DNA of 64,000 nucleotides from Octopus sinensis (Eukaryota): positions 34,286,001 through 34,350,000 of the forward strand of contig NC_043013.1 of the NCBI RefSeq assembly GCF_006345805.1, given 5' to 3'. The notes beneath the pieces are model-generated. The model was given only the letters and a program-made list of their open reading frames with translations. It was not told the DNA's origin and made no database searches. The position numbers and the translations under genes are program-made. Positions 24,780 to 36,790 of the stretch are shown here, piece by piece; positions within the stretch are counted from its first letter, which is position 1, and every line of letters begins with the position of its first letter.

Positions 24780-25709
24780 CTACAGCGTAGGCTTCTTGCC
24801 GTTTCTACTTGTAAATTGAATCATGCGGTAATTGTCAGCCTAGGGCTAAACTAGATGATGCCATGTCCAAGGTGCTGCACTGAGGGATTGAACCATGGTT
24901 TCGAAGCAATCTTCTGAACCACACACCAATACTTGTGCCTGTGTCATGCTAAACACATGTACATGCATGATGATGTGCAATAGCATAGACAGAATGTGCA
25001 TAGATACATGTAACTTTATATATTTAGGTTGAAGTATTCGTTCATTATTTCTGTATATTTCATTATATTAATAAATACATACACACACTTATATATTATA
25101 TATATATATATGTATATATGTATGTCTGTATGCATGTGTGTGTTTGCATACTTATATATTTTTATTATATTATATGTGTTTTTCTACATTTATCTCAACA
25201 GCTATTTTTATTAACCTTTTTACTGAGTAGTAACATTTTGCCAATATTAAGTAAGTATGTATATTGTCAGAGGCTGTTCTATGCCATTTTCTCCTAGCTG
25301 GCATTAAAACAGAAGACAGGGCTTTTTGAATAGGAAATAAATTGCAACCACTGAAAATTCTAGGAAAATTTCCCTTTGAGAATTCTTAACAAATTTTAAA
25401 TTATAGAGAAGTAGAAAAAAATAATAAGATACTATGTCAAAAATACATCAAACACTAAAAAAAAAAAGAAGGAAAGTAAGTAGGTTCATTATGTATGTGC
25501 ATGTCTTTGTGTGAGTGTATGTGCACGTATGTGTGTGTGTGTGTATGTGTGTGTGTGTGTATGTGTGTGTGTATGTGTGTGTGTGTATGTGTGTGTGTGT
25601 GTGTGTATGTGTGTGTGTGTGTGTGGTGTGTGTGTGTGTGTGTGTTGTGTGTGTGTGTGTATGTGTGTGTGTTCATGGATTCATATATAATTTTACATTA
25701 TCTATTTCA

Positions 25710-25754
<45 letters not shown>

Positions 25755-26591
25755 GTTGGTATGGCTGCGGAATCATATTATAACATCTTTTCGAGAAATA
25801 AATAAATATATATATATATATATATATACACACACCTACAGCGTAGGCTTCTTGCCGTTTCTACTTGTAAATTGAATCATGCGGTAATTGTCAGCCTAGG
25901 GCTAAACTAGATGATGCCATGTCCAAGGTGCTGCACTGAGGGATTGAACCATGGTTTCGAAGCAATCTTCTGAACCACACACCAATACTTGTGCCTGTGT
26001 CATGCTAAACACGTACATGCATGATGATGTGCAATAGCATAGACAGAATGTGCATAGATGCATGTAACTTTATATATTTAGGTTGAAGTATTCGTTCATT
26101 ATTTCTGTATATTTCATTATATTAATAAATACATACACACACTTATATATTATATATATATATATGTATATATGTATGTCTGTATGCATGTGTGTGTTTG
26201 CATACTTATATATTTTTATTATATTATATGTGTTTTTCTACATTTATCTCAACAGCTATTTTTATTAACCTTTTTACTGAGTAGTAACATTTTGCCATAT
26301 TAAGTAAGTATGTATATTGTCAGAGGCTGTTCTATGCCATTTTCTCCTAGCTGGCATTAAAACAGAAGACAGGGCTTTTTGAATAGGAAATAAATTGCAA
26401 CCACTGAAAATTCTAGGAAAATTTCCCTTTGAGAATTCTTAACAAATTTTAAATTATAGAGAAGTAGAAAAAAATAATAAGATACTATGTCAAAAATACA
26501 TCAAACACTAAAAAAAAAAAGAAGGAAAGTAAGTAGGTTCATTATGTATGTGCATGTCTTTGTGTGAGTGTATGTGCACGTATGTGTGTGT

Positions 26592-26630
<39 letters not shown>

Positions 26631-26702
26631 TGTGTGTGTGTATGTGTGTGTGTATGTGTGTGTGTTCATGGATTCATATATAATTTTACATTATCTATTT
26701 CA

Positions 26703-26746
<44 letters not shown>

Positions 26747-26760
26747 TATGTATTTATGTA
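24697..26760 (+). repeat. Near-identical direct tandem duplication, period 1058 bp, bounded by (TA)n
   Basis: GTTGGTATGGCTGCGG at 24697 and 25755; few differences outside microsatellites. Confidence 0.95.
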
Positions 26761-27076
26761 TGTATATATATATATATGTATGTATGTATGTATATGTAAA
26801 AGCCAATTGCTTGAAGTGAAAATAATGAAGTTTACTCCAAGTATGTATATGTGTATATAATAAACACACACACGTATACACTCACACATGTGTGTATATA
26901 TATATATATATGTATGTACTTCTGAGTGTTTGTGTGTGTGTGTGTGCATATATAAAATCAAAATTGATGCATATCCAACATAAAACAATATATATTTATT
27001 AGCTTCTCTGAACAAAGTCTTAACTCTTAAAAATCTGAAGGGACCTCTTTTAGCATTATTACAATTATTGTTGTTA

Positions 27077-27084
<8 letters not shown>

Positions 27085-27107
<23 letters not shown>

Positions 27108-27316
27108 AATTATTATTATTATTATTATTTTTATTTTTACCATCATCGTCATCCTCAACATAATAATGATGTCGATGATGGTAATAATAATAAGAATAAT
27201 AATCCTTATTATTATTATTATTATTATTATTTTTATTTTTACCATCATCGTCATCATCGTCATCCTCAACATAATAATGATGACGATGATGGTAATAATA
27301 ATAAGAATAATAATCC

Positions 27317-27350
<34 letters not shown>
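27085..27350. repeat. Two tandem units of about 110 bp built from inverted trinucleotide repeats
   Basis: CTCAACATAATAATGATG repeated at about 111-bp spacing; ACCATCATCGTCATC pairs with GATGACGATGATGGT. Confidence 0.8.
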
Positions 27351-28094
27351 CATCAATATTGTAATTTACTGTTATTTTGATGAAATCTAAAAACAGGGCA
27401 AGGTTCAAATTAGGGTGTAGGAAAGATTTTAAGGAACAAGGTGGAGTATAAATGAGGTGAGATAATTGTAAGTAGTGGTGTGTGTGTGTGTGTAGGGGAC
27501 ACAGATGGGCTGGTGGCCATCGAAAATAATATTTTGTTGTGAAATTAAATTGCTGAATGTTCATAATGTTTATTTAGTCTGAGATACAGAGGAAAGTTGG
27601 TGATGGAGAGTGGCGTGTCTATCCCTGTTGTTCTTGTTGTTGTAGTTGTAGCTGTTGGTGGTGGTGATGCTTGTGGTGATGGTTGTACAGTAGGTTGATG
27701 GTGGTAGCGCTTGTGAGTATTGTTGTTGTAGATGTTGCGATGTATTCTCAATTCACATTGCATCCAACTGATTCAAAATATGAAGAACACTATGTAAAAC
27801 ATACATTTGTAATTTAAAGAAGAGATGGTCATGATTGGAACACATTTAATCAGGAACAGGGGCTGGTGTTGAGGCTGATATTGGTGATAGGAGTCACCAG
27901 TGTTGGTTGTAGTTGTAATGATGATGATGATGACACCACTGTTACTGCGGGCAATGAAGTTAGTGATAATAACGATAGCAGTGGTGGTGGTCATCTGTAT
28001 TAAAGTTAATTTTGACAAATTGGTGATGTGGTTATGGTGGAGGTGATATTAATGACAAATGTAGATGGAGATCCAATGAAGGAGATGATGGTGA

Positions 28095-28780
28095 TGAAAG
28101 GCCGGCTTTGGCTTTTGGTCATGAATGAGCATGAGTTTGCACCTAGAATGTTACCCTCCGAGGCAAAAGCCCAGGCAAAAGCCCAGGCAAAAGCCCAGGC
28201 AAAAGCCCAGGCAAAAGCCCAGGCAAAAGCCCAGGCAAGGTTATTTATGGAAGACCAACAGTCACCCATTCATACCAGCCTTCATGTACACAGGATAAAG
28301 AGTAAAGATCCCCTTTGGTCATGACTGACCATGGGATTGCCCCTAGAAAGTTACCCTCCAAGGCACAAGTCCAGGCAAGGTTGTTTATGGAAGACCAACA
28401 GTCGCCCATGCATACCAGCCTTCCTTCTTCATGTACACAGTAAAGACCCCTTTTCGGTCATGAATGACCATGGGATTGCAATGACAAAGTTTCCCTCCAA
28501 GGCATAAGTCTGGACAAGGTCATTTATGGAAGACCAGCAGTTCCCCTTCCATACCAGTCTCCTCTCTCCAAGCCACTGATGCTGCCTAAGGGAAAGGCAA
28601 AGGCCGACACAGTTTTGCTCCAGTGATGTTGCAACTCATTTCTACAACTGAGAACTGGAGCTATGCGAAACAGAGTGTCTTGCTCGAAAACACAACACAC
28701 AGCCCAGTCCGGGAATCAAACTCATTACCTCATGATTGTGAGTCTGATGCTCTAACCACTGAGCCATGTGCCGTCACAAG
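28095..28780 (-). mobile_element. CORE-type tRNA SINE with triplicated 3' unit of about 140 bp and a 12-bp array
   Basis: Head GGCACATGGCTCAGTGGTTAGAGC (minus, near 28775); ATGGAAGACCA.CAGT three times; (AGGCAAAAGCCC)x6.5 at 28161-28238. Confidence 0.85.
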
Positions 28781-28889
28781 GTGATGACAATGAGCAGAAG
28801 ATCACTGTTATGGTGGCTACACTATCATTGGAAATATTAATGTAATTGTAATGCTAAATCTAATAGATTGAGTTTCAATAGGTAGTAGT

Positions 28890-29165
28890 TGTATTGGTAT
28901 AAGTTTGCTTCCCAAACACAAGGTTTGAGGCTCAATTCCACTTGGGAAAATATCTTCAGCTATAGACTCAGGGAGACCAAAGCCTTGTGAGTGGATTTGG
29001 TAGACAGAAACTGGAAAAAGCCTGTCAAAAAAGTATATTTTACATACAGTAATTTAGTGAGTTGTCAAAAGAGATTAGCAGAATAAACAACAGGCTTTTA
29101 AGAAAAAAATATTAATTCTTTCGACTAAAATTGTTCTAGGTGATGCCCCAGCATGGCCGTATGGT
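28890..29165 (+). mobile_element. SINE family A, old and decayed
   Basis: GCCTTGTGAGTGGATTTGGTAGACAGAAACTG...CCAGCATGGCCG. Confidence 0.65.
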
Positions 29166-29589
29166 TGGGAGTGGTTGTGGTATAAGGACACGGCTGTTGT
29201 TTAGTCATGATTCAATAGATCTATGGTCAAAGACATTCCATTTGGGAAAAATCTCATCTTTTTCTGTGCATCAAGGATTCCTTCTTTCAGAAAACTGAAT
29301 GATATATTTGAGAGATTTGACTGCTTTCTCAAAGATCAAGTGACCATATATAGAGGCACTTTTGAAGGCTCATGTTGTGATGATGATGATGAAGATAATG
29401 ATGGTGGTGGTGATGTTGGTGAAGGTAGTGATTGTGACAGTGAAGTCGATGATGATGGTTTATGCTGAATTTGATTGCGCAAAATATGGTGAATGAATGA
29501 TACTGTGGGTACTGTAATGTAGATAGCAGTTCCGATAATAACACAGTAACAACGGAAAAGTCAAACTATTAATATTTTTTTAATGATCC

Positions 29590-30420
29590 AGTAGGGTTGG
29601 TGAAGTTAAGCTATCTCTTGTTTAGTGATGTGGTATTGCTGAAGTATTTAAGGCGGCGAGCTGGCAGAAACGTTAGCACGCCGGGCGAAATGCGTAACTG
29701 TATTTCGTCTGCCGTTACGTTCTGAGTTCAAATTCCGCCGAGGTCGACTTTTCCTTTCATCCTTTCGGGGTCGATAAATTAAGTACCAGTTACACACTGG
29801 GGTCGATATAATCGACTTAATCCGTTTGTTTGTCCACTCTGTATTTAGCCCCTTGTGGGTAGTAAAGAAATAGGTATTGCTGAAGTTAAACTGTTGATAG
29901 TTTAGGTATGATAGAATATTATATATTATATGGTAGAATATTATATAAATATCAGTGAAGTTTAGCTTTTTGATGGTTTACAAATGAGGTTAAGCTGCTG
30001 ATGATTTGAGGATAACGAAGTAGTATTAATGAAGTTAAGCTCTCAGTGGTTTACTAATATAGCGTTGCTGATGGTTCATGGATGTTGTAGTGTTGGAGAA
30101 GTTAAGTTATCAATGGTTCAGTGATGGCACTGAACTTAATCTATTGTTGGTTCAATGATATTCATGTAGTATTAGTGAAACTGAGCTCATGATGATTCAG
30201 GAATGATGGGGTAATATCAAAGTTAAGCTGTTGATGTTTAATTGATGAGGATGTATTATTGAGATTCAGTTGTTGGTGGTTTAATGATAATGTAGTTTTA
30301 CTAGTGAAGTTTTAATTTGTTGAAGATTATACAGAAGTGTTTGTGAAGTCAAGTGTTCGTGATCTGAGATCCTTAGTGAATTTCAGTTGCCAGTGGCTTG
30401 GTGGTGATGTAGTAGTGTTA
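29590..30420 (+). repeat. Degenerate minisatellite, period about 40 bp (core GTGAAGTTAAGCT)
   Basis: Core variants near 29602, 29641/29882, 29957, 29986, 30031, 30098, 30132, 30177, 30219, 30261, 30306, 30345, 30378. Confidence 0.65.
29646..29872 (+). mobile_element. SINE family B, young full copy with 14-bp TSD
   Basis: AAGGCGGCGAGCTGGCAGAAACGTTAGC, B box GAGTTCAAATTCC, central CTTTCATCCTTTCGGGGTCGATAAATTAAGTACCAG; TSD GGTATTGCTGAAGT at 29632-29645 and 29873-29886. Confidence 0.95.
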
Positions 30421-30423
30421 GAA

Positions 30424-31135
30424 TGGAGGTGCAATGGGCCAGTGGTTAGGGCAGTGGACTTGTGGTGTGTGGACTTGTGAGTGTTTATTGAGCTTAGACA
30501 CCTAAAGCCCCATGAGGCTCCAGCAGTGGGTAGTGGTGAACCCTGTTGTACCCTTTCACCGTAACTTTCACTCTTTCTTCATGTTTCTGTTGTACCTGTA
30601 TTTCAAAGGGCCAGCCTTGTCACACTCTGTGTCACGCTGAATCTCCCTGAGAACTATACGTTAAGGGTACACGTGTCTGTACTCAGCCACTTGCATGCTA
30701 ATTTCAAGAGCAGACTGTTTCGTTGATCATATCAGCTGGGACCCTCGTCATCATAACCAACAGAGCACTCCTTTTAGTAGAGGTGCAATAGCCCAGTGGT
30801 TAGGCCAACAGACTCGTGGTTGTAGGTTCACAGTTTCGATTCCCAGACCAAGCATTGTGAGTGTTTATTCAGTGAAAACACCTAAAGCTCCATGAGGCTT
30901 CAGCAGGGTGTGGTGGCAACCCCTAATGTACTCTTTCACCACAACTTTCTCTCACACTTTCTTCCTGTTTCTGTTGTATCTGTATTTCAAAGGGCCAGTC
31001 TTGTCACATTCTGTGTCAGGTTAAGTGTACATGTGTCTGTGGAGTGCTCAGCCACTTGCACGTTAATTTCATAAGCAGGCTGTTCTGTTAATCAGATCAA
31101 CTGGAGCCCTCACCATCATAACCAATGGAATGGTA
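30424..31135 (+). mobile_element. Two head-to-tail SINE family C copies (30424-30772, 30776-31135)
   Basis: Both homologous to the 31846-32234 copy and more diverged. Confidence 0.85.
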
Positions 31136-31845
31136 TGTATAATAGTGTTAGAGAAGTTGGTCTTTTTATGGTTTATTGACGATGTAGAACGATCAACGAA
31201 GTTAAGCTTTCGATGGCTTAAAAATGAAGAAGTGTTAGTGAAATAGCAAATGTTAGTGGTGATACTAGGGATAATATTATATATTGTTGGTGTGATTGTA
31301 ATGATGGTGGTAGTAGTAGGGGAAGAAGAAGAAGAAGAAGAAGAAGAAGAAGAAGAAGAAGAACAACAACAACAACAACAACAACAACAAATAATGGAAC
31401 TTCTACTGTGGGTAGGGCAGGTGTAGCAAGTATTCCTGGAGAATTCAATTAACCCGTCAACTACTGCAATTTGCCCGAAGGTTCCTCTGACGGAAATATT
31501 TTGGAAATAATTGCTTTGATTCCATGGTTCCAAGCTGTTGTTTTCAGTCTTATTCTCTTACGATGTCCCTCTTTTTTAATGCTGAATTTTTTTCTTATTG
31601 TTGTTCTTTTGTGGTAAGTATTGTTGTTGTTGTTGTCGTTGTTGTTGTTTTTGTTGCTGTTGCTGTTTGTAATTCCAGTAAGCAAGCATTGATGTTGTTA
31701 TTAATGTAACTGTTGACAGTTGTGACGATGCTGGGGTATGTTGTTGCTTTGGTTGTTAACAGAATTGCTGTTGCTGCTGGTTTTCTTTAACCCCCAGATT
31801 AATACTGATTATGCAGACCTTTGATCCAAGGTGTTCCACCCATAG

Positions 31846-32234
31846 GTGGAGGCGCAATGGCCCAGTGGTTAGGGCAGCGGACTCGCGGTCATAGGATCGC
31901 GGTTTCAATTCCCAGACCGGGCGTTGTGAGTGTTTATTGAGCGAAAACACCTGAAAGTTCCACGAGGCTCCGGCAGGGGGTGGTGGTGATCCCTGCTGTA
32001 CTCTTTCACCACAACTTTCTCTCACTCTTACTTCCTGTTTCTGTTGTACCTGTATTTCAAGTGGCCAGCCTTGTCACTCTCTGTGTCACGCTGAATATTC
32101 CAGAGAACTACGTTAAGGGTGCACGTGTCTGTGGAGTGCTCAGCCACTTACACGTTAATTTCACGAGCAGGCTGTTCCGTTGATTCGGATCAACCGGAAC
32201 CCTCATCGTCGTAACCGACGGAGTGCTTCCATCA
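31846..32234 (+). mobile_element. tRNA-derived SINE family C, young, 11-bp TSD
   Basis: GTGGAGGCGCAATGGCCCAGTGGTTAGGGCAGCGG...GGTTTCAATTCCC; TSD TCCACCCATAG at 31835-31845 and 32235-32245. Confidence 0.95.
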
Positions 32235-32519
32235 TCCACCCATAGACATCTCACCCATTTTTTTAGGAGTATTATCTAATTAGTATTGATGATGATGATG
32301 GTGGTGGTGGTGGTGGTAGTAATGGTGGTGATGGTTACCCAGTTTCATGGCAAAAAAGTCAGCAGAAGTTCGCCATTACCTTCTGCCAGTGCTGCATCGA
32401 GCTTAGGTGCAGGAAAGGCAGTGTCACCTTTCCCTCAAAGGATTTTGCCCATGTGGCATTAGTTTTGTCAAGAAAAAAGAATAGTCAAATACAATTTGAA
32501 TGCACCTAAAATCTGTATA

Positions 32520-32845
32520 AGTCTGTTTATGAAAATGTATAGCATTTTCTTCCCCAGCTTCCTGATACAGTCCAGAATACTAAACTACAAACTGCCAATT
32601 CATATTTAAATTAAAATCATCTATCATAATTTCTTTTGTTAAATTATATTCCAAACATCATTTTAATAGATAATTAGTTATTTTACTAAATCTTTCGAAA
32701 TTCATAATTACTTTTCAGAATTAATCGAAACATATGGGCAGCACATTTTATAAGAAAATATGGTAATGAAGCGACTCCTGGGATAATGTAGTGTTTATAA
32801 TTACAAGAAGTCTGCTTGATCAAGTTTTACAACATACATCGAAAC
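32520..32845 (+). repeat. Old duplicated block (partner 34810-35185) containing a decayed piggyBac-MITE-like core
   Basis: Shared TTGTTAAATTATATTCCAAACATCATTTTAA.AGATAATTAGTTATTTTACTAA and downstream GGATAATGTAGTG...AAGTCTGCTTGAT. Confidence 0.75.
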
Positions 32846-33192
32846 ACGAATCAAATATACATAATTTTATTCATATGTGTATACATATATAAACACATGT
32901 ATGCACACACATATGTTGCATACAGATATATATATAGAGAGATAGATATATATGTATGTATATGTATATATATATATACATATATATATAATTATTATTT
33001 GAGGGAATAAAATCCAAACTTACAAGGAAAAAGAATTCAATTTAGAAATACTAAATTGATAAAAGGTGTTTTTTTTTCTAATATTTTATATATATAGATA
33101 TATATATGTAAATAAATAGATAGATAAATACAGACACACACATTTATGTACATGTATTTTGATACATGTATATGTATGTATTTATGCATGTA

Positions 33193-33230
<38 letters not shown>

Positions 33231-33236
<6 letters not shown>

Positions 33237-34073
33237 GTCATGAGTAAATTGTCACCATTTTATATTTCTAATTTCGCTCTTGCGCATTGTTCAATTTTAA
33301 TTTTATCAACTGCACGGTATAGTAGGGTCAGTTGGGCATCGTCTGTGAGAAGAATGCAATTCACTCTACTATAAATTTGGAAAAGCCATTCTGTACTGCC
33401 TGGCATTCATGCTGGAAGCACCAATACAGACATTTCAATACAGACCGTTTGGGTGTCAGTCAGAGGACTTGTGCCGAGAATGATATAAATCAAATATCCA
33501 GTAAACATCATGGTGTTTGGAGTGATTGCTCATGATAGTGACATTATACCTCCATTAATTTTTCCCACATGGGCTCAAACTCAACGCAGAGGTGTACATC
33601 AAGTGCCTGGATGGGGTAGTGCTGTCAAGAGGGTGGCTGCTGGAACACCCTATGTCTGGCAACAGGACTCTGCACCATGCCACACAATCATGGCTGTCAG
33701 ACAATTTCTGCGACCACACCACCCCTAACATCTGGTGACCTAACTTCCCAGACTTCATCCCCCTTGGGATGTGTGGGGCACAGTTGAATGAGAGACCAAC
33801 AAAACTCCTTGTAACACCAAAGATGAACTGTAGACAAGGATTATGGTAGCATTTACCAACTTAAACAAAGAGACTATCCAGAAGAGTTGCAGGAAATCCC
33901 GAAGTTGCCTGGATGCCATGGTTGAAGCCAATGACGATTTTATTGAATAAATTTGCTCTTTAGTATTTCAAAATATTTTAATGTAATTTTAGTAAATATA
34001 TCTGTTAAAATGAGACGTCAGTGTTATTTTCATTTTTGCGTAATTTAGATGACAATTTATTCATCGTAATTTG
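33231..34073 (+). mobile_element. Internally deleted Tc1/mariner transposon, maT (DD37D)-type
   Basis: Decayed translation IMVFGVIAHDSDIIPPLIF..GLKLNAEVYIKCL..YVWQQDSAPCHT..WLSDNFCDHTTPNIW*PNFPD..VWGTV..NKTPCNTKDEL..AFTNLNKETIQKSC..CLDAMVEANDDFIE*; TIR cores ATGAGTAAATTGTCACC (33240-33256) and GATGACAATTTATTCAT (34048-34064), 15/17 match. Confidence 0.88.
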
Positions 34074-34100
34074 TGTGTGTGTATATATATATATATATAT

Positions 34101-34257
34101 AGGTGCAGACGTAGCGGTGTGATAAGTGCTTACCAACAACATGGTTTTGGGTTTAGTCCCACTGCGTGGCACCTTCGGCATGTGTTTTCTACTATAGCTT
34201 CAGGCCATCCAAAGCCTTGTGAGTGGATTTGGTGGACAGAAACTGAAAGAAGCCCAT

Positions 34258-34317
<60 letters not shown>

Positions 34318-34525
34318 TGCGTGTCTGTGTTTGTCTCTCCACCAATGCTTGACAACCGATGTTGGTGTGTTTATGTCCCCATATCTTAGTTGTTTCGCAA
34401 AAGAGACTGATAGAATAAGGACTAGGTTTACAAAGAAGAAGTCCTGGGGTCGATTTGTTTGACTAAAGATGGTGCTCCAGCATGGCTTCAGTCAAATGAC
34501 TGAAAGAAATAAAAGAATAAAAGAA
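34101..34525 (+). mobile_element. SINE family A, full length
   Basis: Head, core, long internal (TA)n, tail AAAAGAATAAAAGAA. Confidence 0.9.
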
Positions 34526-36023
34526 TATGTATGTATGTGTGTATATATGTATAAATAGCTAGACCTCATGTACTGATTGTACATAATGTCACTATACACT
34601 AAAAATGGTGTTGCTTGTGTTCAATCTTCTGTGAAAACATGTCCGGCTATTGATCTGTTCATGTCTGAAGGAACTGAGGAAATACCATCCTGTTTGGAAA
34701 CAAGAAATGGTCGGTGACATGAAGAGCATTTATCTGTAGAAAAATTTCCACAGTGCAAACACTGAAAAATAGGCATTAAAACAGGACTGATGATGATGAT
34801 GATAATATAGTGTGTACTTCAAAATGGATTATTTTTTACCATACCAGCCTTCCTGAAACAGTCCAATATACTTAACTACAAAACTGCATATTTTAAAGTA
34901 TTCGTATTTAAATTAAAATCATCAATCATAGTTTTACGTAAAACTCTTTTGTTAAATTATATTCCAAACATCATTTTAACAGATAATTAGTTATTTTACT
35001 AAGTCTTTCCAAATTCGTAATTACTTCGTGAAATTAATTGAAACATATGGATAGTGTGTTGTATAAGAAACTATGGTAATGAAAGGATAATGTAGTGATT
35101 ATAAAATAGATGAGATTGTCATGGCTGGATAGAATGGTTTTACGACAAGTCTGCTTGATTGAGGCTTACAATGTACATCCTTATGCAAATTAAATATACA
35201 CATGCTCACTCATAAGCATGGCTATATGCTTAAGGTGTTTGCTTACAAAGTAAGTGATTGTGAGTTCAGTCCTACAAATGGCAATTCTAGAAAGTGTTCT
35301 TATACTGTAGCCATGAATCAACCAAAGTTTTGTGAGAAAAATTGCTACACAGAGACAGAAAATCCTTTGTATCTTTGTGTGTTTGTGTCTCCTCATCTTG
35401 ACATCATGCAATAGTTGTAAAGAAATGTTCACCATCATAAAAGCAGTATATTTTGCTCCTAATCTTCCGAGAAAACTTTGCTTCGAAACTGGTAAAGATT
35501 GCTGACACCAAAAGCATCCCCTTAGCATAAGTGCCAGAATGAAATTTGTTTAAGGGGTGCAAACCCAGACCCAACCCAGGATGTTTGAAGTGTTTTCATT
35601 GGCCCCTCACCTAAATTATAGTGGGTGTGCTTACTCCTCTTGTACCCACCACCTCTGTCCTCAAGCCTATGCTTCTTAGCAGTTTCAATACATCCAACAC
35701 TGATTTGAGCTTTCTCATTAAAACCACTGGCCTGTGTTGTTATAAGTAAGGTTTAGGTGCAACTCTGAAACTGCTACAGCCTGTGACATAATAATAAATG
35801 CTAATATATCATTACTACCAGCACTGAGGTGTTGTTGTTGTGATTATGATGGTGGTGGTGGTGGTGGTAGTGGTGTTTGCTGATCTTTTATTAGAATCCA
35901 GAATTCATTGATTCCAATCTTTTTTTTTTTTGCATTTGCTGATGTAACTTGCATGTTGCAACACTTCACAGAAGTAGCATCAAGTTCTTCTCTCACAAAG
36001 CTTTGGTTCATCAATGGTTATTA

Positions 36024-36229
36024 TTCTTTTATTCTTTTACTTGTTTCAGTCATTTAACTGCAGTCATGCTGGAGCACCGCCTTTAGTCGAACAAATCAAC
36101 CCCCAGGGCTAATTCTTTGTAAGACTAGCAATTATTTAATTGGTCTCTTTTGCCAAACCACTAAGTTACGGGGACATAAATGTACCAGTATCGGTTGTCA
36201 AGTGATGCTGGAGGTACAAACATACACAC

Positions 36230-36261
<32 letters not shown>

Positions 36262-36460
36262 GGATGGATGAAACTTACTTGGAAGAGGAGGTGGGATATA
36301 TATATATATATATATATAACGATGGGCTTCTTCCTGTTTCCATCGACCAGATCCATTCACAAGAGTATAGTAGAAGTCACTTTCCCAAGGTGCCATGCAG
36401 TGGGACTGAACCCAGAAACACTTGACTGGGAAGCAAATTTCTGAAGCACACAGTCATGCC
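36024..36460 (-). mobile_element. SINE family A, full length, extra segment of about 35 bp inside its (TA)n
   Basis: GGATGGATGAAACTTACTTGGAAGAGGAGGTGGG (about 36262-36295) between TA runs. Confidence 0.85.
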
Positions 36461-36489
36461 AATGAACGAACATGTATATATTTAATCTG

Positions 36490-36790
36490 TCATGCAATTT
36501 GTGCTTGTACCATGTAAAAGGCAATCATGCCAGGTCACATAAAGAGCACTGGTAATGGTGACATCTAAAAAGCACCCATTCTGGCCCACATAAAAAGCAT
36601 CCAGCACAAACTGTCAAGTGGTTGGCATTAGGAATGGCATCCAACTATAGAAACTAAGCTAAATCCGACCGGAAGCTGGTTCAGCTCATCAATTAGCCAA
36701 GTCTGCTCGAACCATCTAACCCATGCCGGCGAGGAAAATGGAGATTAAATGTTGATGAAAATAATGATGGTGATGATGATGATGATGTTT
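36490..36790 (+). mobile_element. SINE family F with several 5' sub-repeats
   Basis: Four CAC/CAT-(G/A)TAAAA(A)G-like motifs, then GTGGTTGGCATTAGGAATGGCATCC and a (GAT)n tail. Confidence 0.7.

Noticed and set aside
28028-28324. ORF with AKAQ repeats
   Set aside because: Produced by the 12-bp array in a SINE tail.
34670-34705. CTGAGGA...GAAAC
   Set aside because: Stem II register is wrong and the sequence lies in a family F-type SINE fragment.
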